Source: Cyanophora paradoxa CCMP329
Lineage: Eukaryota > Plantae > Glaucophyta
NCBI GenBank assembly: GCA_004431415.1
Contig: QPMI01000272.1
Coordinates: 1 to 64,000 of the forward strand
Direction of reading: 5' to 3'
DNA length: 64,000 bases
Shown: positions 58,801 through 64,000 of the stretch, in pieces
Position numbering within the stretch: position 1 is the stretch's first letter
How the letters are laid out: every line of letters starts with the position of its first letter
The notes under the pieces: generated by a model
The model's database searches: none
What the model saw: only the letters and a program-made list of their open reading frames with translations
What the model was told of the DNA's origin: nothing
Translations under genes and position numbers: made by a program

Positions 58801-61800
58801 CGCCACGACGGCTTCCTCCAGCGCGCCACCCGCGACCAGCACGACTACTTCCGGCGCGCCCCCCGCGTGCCGCTACCCCCTGGAGGGGGGTACGGCGCTC
58901 TGACGGGGGCGCAGGGACCCGCCGGAGACGCGGGCGCTGGACGAGCTCCGCCTCGACAGCCTCCGCCGCTTCCTCAAGCAGTCCCCGGGGTGCGCCCCGT
59001 ACCCCTCAACCGCCGCATTCCTGTACCCCCGTGAGGTTGACCGCTGCTGTAAGGGTGGAGTGCTACGGGTACTCGTGCGTCATGGACGACCTCTGGGACA
59101 ACCTCGGCCGCGGCGGCTGGCGGTATCCCCCTTCCTCTCATCCTCCTCCCCACTTTCCAACTTTCGGCGCAGGGTGACGGGCCTCTCGGCCTTCCGCGAG
59201 TCGGTCATCGCGTGCATCAAGCGCTCCGTCATCGCCGAGTTCGCCCTCCAGGCCCGCCCCGCCCCCCCCGCCCCGCCCCGCCCCGTACCCCCCTCCCAAC
59301 TCATCCCCCCCCCAGGACCTGCCGAAGGAGCACCGGATGGAGCGGGCGGCGCAGGAGGCGTTCATGCGGGAGCGGGCGGCGCCGTTCTTCGGGCGGGGGG
59401 ACGCCCTGCGCGCCGTCGCGCAGTTCGTGCACCACTGGGCGCACCCCCACGGGCCCCACCAGCGCCCCGGCGACGCCGCCCTCCTCCTCGCCGGTCCGGC
59501 CCCCGCCCGCACGCCCGCCCGTGCCCTTCCGAGGCTTATTCCAGGCGGGGGGCAGGGGAGGCGGGGATCGGGAAGACGGCGACGCTCGCGCGCTTCCTGC
59601 GCGAGGCGTGCGACTCCCGCACCGCCTTCCCCGGCGTCCGCGTGCGCGTACCCCCCCCCGTCTTTCCTCCGCATGTGCCCCCGTTCTCCGCCCCTCGAGC
59701 GCCCCCGGCAGGTGGCGTACGTCTTTGTGGGGGCCTCGGTGCAGTCCTGGTACGCCCGGGACGTCCTCAATGTGCGTAGCCCCCCGACCCCTCGCTCCCC
59801 CCGCCGTCCTGCTCGCCTCAAGGGCCGCCTCGCCTCAGTGGCTGTGCGAGGAGATGGAGGAGAAGCCGCGGCGGGCGGTGGAGACGAAGCTCCTCGACGA
59901 CCGCCGCGCCCGCCCCGCCTCCCCCTCCTTCCTCGCCGCCAACCCCACCTTCGTGCCCCCGCTCCAGGCCCGCCCCGCCCCTCGCCCCTAGGGGAGGCCG
60001 GCCTGAGCTCGGGGGGCCCCGCCGCCGCGCAGGAGGTGCGGCGGCCGCAGTACGAGGAGCTGGCGACGCGCTTCCGGGAGCTCGTGTGGCGCTACGACCA
60101 GCAGAAGCTCCTCATCGTCCTCGACGGGCCCGCCCGCCCGCCCCCGCCGCCCCGCCCCGCCCTTTCGTTCCGCTGTTCGAGCGGGGTGCGGGGCGGGGCG
60201 GGGCAGGGCGAACCAGATGGTGTTCGGGCAGGACGACTCGCCGACGGCGTGGATCCCGCACTGGGCCGACGTCTCCGGCTTCGTCAAGATCGTCGTCTCC
60301 TCCATCGACCCCGCCCCCTTCCTCGGCCGCGTCCGCCCGCCCCCATCCCCTCCTCCTCTGATCGCCCGCGCGCCCTTCTTCTGAGGCGCGGGCAGCTGAC
60401 GGAGGCGCCGACGAAGTTGGCCCGCGCGCCCCCGGCGGCCCCCGCGCCGCACGGGCAGCACCAGCACCACCACAACGAGGAGTCGAACGTGGTGGTCCTG
60501 CGCCCGCTGCTCAAGGCCGAGAGCGAGGCCCTCCTTCAGGCCGTGCGCTGCCGCCCGCCGCTCCTCCCGCCTCCGCCTCCGCCTCCGGCCCCCGCCCCCC
60601 CGCCCACGCCCACGCCCGCTCGCAGGACGAGGTCGTCGCGTCGGACAAGGACGCCGCCGTGCGCCCGCCCGCGCCCCCGCCGCGCCCACGGGCCCCCAAG
60701 GCTGAGGCCGCGCGCAGGCGATCGGGGAGGGGGCGGCGGCGAAGCGGGACGGGGGCAAGCCCCTCTACCTGCGCCTCCTCGCCCGCGAGCTCGCCGCCAC
60801 CGCCGCCCCCGTCCGCACCCTCCCCTCCCACCCCTCTCCGTTCTTCTTCTTCTCAGGGTGGGCGGGGCAGGGTGCGGGGCTGGGGGCGGCGGCGGCGGGG
60901 CTGCCGGGGACGGTGGACGGGCTGCTGGAGCGGGTGCTGGCGCGCCTCGAGTCGGTCCACCGGCGCGACGTCGTCCGCGGCACCCTCTGCCTCGTCGCCT
61001 GCGCCCGGTCCGCCCCGCCGCGCCCCGTCCAGAAGAAGACGAAGAGGCTAACGAGGGGCCGGGCGGGCGGGCGGGGGCCAGGCACGGGGTGGCGGTGCGG
61101 GACCTGCGCGAGCTCCTCGCCCTCCTCAACTGCCCCGTGCCCCAGGAGGCCCGCGCGGACGGGCGGCGGGCCGCTCCCCTCTGCGCTGACGGGCGGGGGG
61201 CAGGACCTGGACGAGCTGCTGGCGCCGGGCTCGGCGGCGGGCCTCAGCGCGCTGCTGCGGCGGAGCCCTGGGCGCGAGGAGGACGGCGGCGACCACCTCG
61301 CCTTCATCCACAGGCGCGCCCGCCCCCGAGGACCAGAGCTAGAGTCGGAGCCTCACGGGGGGGGGCGGGGCGCGCAGGGAGGTCAAGCGGGCGGTGCGCT
61401 GCCGCTACCTCCACGCCTGCACGGCCGGCGGGGACAAGGACCCCAAGGCCCGCCCCGGCCCCAAGGGCCCCCCGGGCCCCGGTGCGCCCCCCCCCGCCCC
61501 CGCCCCCGCCCCCGCCCCCTCCTCTCAGGGGCGGGCGGGGCAGGGTGCCTGGAGTACCGGGCGGGGGACGCCGACTGCGGGCACCTCGCCCCCTGGAGCG
61601 GCGCCGTCGTCCTCGGGCCCTGGGAGGACAAGGGTGCCCCCGGCGCGCCCCCCGAGCTAGCTCGCGTGCGCCGGCGCCGACGCGGGGGCGGGCGCCGAGC
61701 AGAGGGGCGCGTGCACCGGGCGTTGGCGCGGCTGTACCTCTCGCGGGCGGTGAGCCCGGCGCGGGACCGGCTGTGGCACACGCGGCGGAGCGCGGAGTGG

Positions 61801-64000
61801 GTGGAGCTGCGGCGCCACCTCGCCCTCGGCCTCTCCTGGGACCTCGTCTACCGCGCCGAGAACGCCCTCGGTCCGCCCCGCCCCCCGCCCCCCGCCCCCC
61901 GCGCCTATCCGACTCTCTCTCTTTATATCCGACCTCCGCGGCCCCGCAGCGATCAGCGGAGCGGCGATGGACCCGCACGAGGTAGGCCCCCGCACCCCTC
62001 GCCGGCCCCCCGCCGCCCCCTCCTCACTCCCGCGCCCCTCTCTCGCAGGTTTGGGTGCGCGGCCTCGAGCCGGATCGGCTCTCGCGTGCCCCGCGCCCGT
62101 AACCCTCCGCTTTCGCCGCAGTCGATCGTGACGTCGCTCCACCGGCGGGCCCCGTTCCTCGCCGGTCCGCACCCCGCGCCTCGGGCCGGGACCCGGGGCC
62201 CGCCTCACGCGCCCGCACGCAGGCTTCCCGGGGTACTCGCACGTGCCGCCGGGCGTGCCGACGCCGCGGGAAGCCCTCGGGAGCCGCGCGGCCGCCCCCG
62301 TCGCGGGCCCCGGCGCCCCGGAGCGGGAGCGGGACTCGCCGCCGCGGGCGCGCCCCTCCAAGTCCGTTGGCATCAACTCCCGCCTGGACCTCGGCCCCGA
62401 GGCGCGGGGCGGCGGCGGTGGCGGCTCCGCTGCCGCGCCCCCCTCCTCCTCCCTGAACCTCGCCGGCGCCGGGCGGGCCGCGGGGGCGCCCTCGAAGCCG
62501 CGCTCGACGCTGGGGGTGGGGGGCGGGGCGGCGGGGCGGCGTGCTGCGGCCGACCTGCGCCCCGCCTACGCCGACGAGCCGGGCCTCCTCCGCCTCGCCA
62601 GCCTCCAGTACCCCGTGCGCGTCCTCCCGCTCCCCCCCCCCCCCATGTACCCCGGCCAGGCTCCGACGCCCCCGGGGGCACGGGCAGTGGATCGGGGCGG
62701 ACGCGCGGGCGCTCTCGGGGGCGCTGGCGGAGGACCTGCCGCTCGCCCTCCTCGACCTCTCTGGCAACCCCGCCCTATCCCGCGAGCACGTGCGCACCCC
62801 GCCCCCCCACCCGCCCCGAGCCCCGACCGTTTGCCCGGCCGCCGGCCCCGCGCGCCGCTCTGACGCGGGGGGCGGCCAGCTTCGGGAGATCTTTTCGTCG
62901 CTGCGGGAGAACCGGACGCTGCGGACGCTCTGCGTGGCGGGGACGCGCCCCGGGGAGGCGGCCGTCGCGGAGCTCGCGTCGGCCCTCGCGGAGAACGGGA
63001 CGCTGACGGAGCTCGACCTCTCCGACTGCGGCCTGCGCGGGGAGGCGGCGGCGGCGCTGGCGCGGCCGCTGGAGAGCCGCTACTGCGCCCTCCGCTCCCT
63101 CCGCCTCTCCCGCTGCGCCATCGCCGACGACGGGTCCGCCCGGGCCCCCACCGGAGAGGCGCCTCTCGCGCTGGGCTCTGAGGGGGCGCGGGGGCAGGTG
63201 CGCGGCGCTGGCGGGGGTGCTGCCGCGGGCGGCGCGCCTCACGGCGCTGGACGTGTCGGCGAACGGGATCACGCACCGGACGGCGGTGGCCCTCTTCAAG
63301 GCCCTCGGCGAGAACGCGACCCTCAAGCACCTCGCCCTCGCCGCCAACCCCATCGGCGTCCGCCCCGCCCCGCCCCGCACGCCCCGCGCGGCGCGGCCGG
63401 CCGACTCGGGGCGGGGCAGGACGAGCCGCTCTCGTACCTGGCGGCGAGCCTGCGGCAGAACGGGACGCTCACGGGGCTCGTCTTCGGGAGCCAGTCCGCC
63501 GGCCACGCCGGCATCGGCTGCACCTCCGAGGCGCGGCCCCCTCCCCCCCCCCCCCCCCCCCCCCCGCCCCCTCCCCGCCCCCGCCGAGGCCTGGGGCGCG
63601 GGCGCAGGGGGCGTCGGCGATCGCGGAGGCGCTGGAGCAGAACCGCGCCCTCACCTCCCTCGACCTCGACAGCAACGGGGTGGACGACCGGGGGGCGGCC
63701 GCCTTCGTCCGCGTCCTCCGCTGGAACCGCTCCATCATTCACCTCGACCTCACCGTCCGCCCCGCGCCCCGTCCCCCGCCCCGCCTCCTCGCCCCATGCC
63801 CGGCGCAGGAGAACCGGTGCGGGGAGGAGGCGCTGGCGGCCGTCCGAGACGCCCTCCGCCTCAACCGCGAGTCCGCCCCGCTCCCGCCCCTCTCCAATCC
63901 GCTTCGGGCCCTAACGGGGCCCCCCAGGTACTTCTGGCGGCGGGACGCGCAGCGCGGGGCCGCCGGGGCGGTCCCCTCCGCGAGCCTCGCCTCCGTGCGG
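55884..64000 (+). CDS. Large STAND-type NTPase: DUF4062-like domain, NACHT/AAA-like domain, RNI-type LRRs (3' truncated by window)
   Basis: TVRVCVSCTTQDTHGERQCL, CRPFFVGIVTQRWG, FTALEQVYG, AFVFLR (TEP1/NWD-like N-terminal domain); FFGRGDAL; Walker A LLAGEAGIGKT (about 59556-59578); Walker B LLIVLDG; PLYLRLL; LRRs NGTLTELDLSDCGL, LTALDVSANGI, LTSLDLDSNGVDDRGA. Whether 55.9-58 kb belongs to the same gene is inferred. Confidence 0.78.

Noticed and set aside
56183-63006. Very long ORFs (628-882 aa) on both strands in the ORF track
   Set aside because: Arg/Pro/Gly/Ala-rich shadow frames caused by scarcity of stop codons at very high GC; the real protein motifs switch frames at splice sites.
1-64000. 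tRNA, rRNA or other structured RNA genes
   Set aside because: None recognised by eye; a covariance-model scan would be needed to exclude them.

Overview
Very GC-rich eukaryotic nuclear DNA with densely packed, intron-riddled genes (introns mostly 50-110 bp, many GC-AG). Plastid-lipid and carotenoid genes (MGD1, D27-like) and Phe-containing N-terminal transit-peptide-like leaders point to a photosynthetic alga; a glaucophyte such as Cyanophora is my best guess (inference only). Almost all long ORFs in the supplied track are GC-driven shadow frames, so I reassembled genes by hand across introns and boundaries are approximate. Order: transposon cluster (0.5-2.5 kb: a MITE and a non-autonomous hAT-like element), membrane protein (-), SKI2 helicase (+), D27-like (-), Mpo1-like (+), alpha/beta hydrolase (-), F-box/LRR (+), MGD1 (-), coiled-coil protein (+), conserved plant-type hypothetical (-), Armadillo-repeat protein (-), hypothetical (+), GAF hybrid histidine kinase (+), SnoaL/NTF2-like (-), NAD+-dependent DNA ligase LigA (+), rubredoxin-like (+), and a DUF4062-like/NACHT/LRR protein running off the window end (+). 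The most notable item is the intact, intron-containing bacterial-type LigA with a leader peptide and Chlamydiae-like sequence features, a candidate organellar DNA ligase acquired by HGT.
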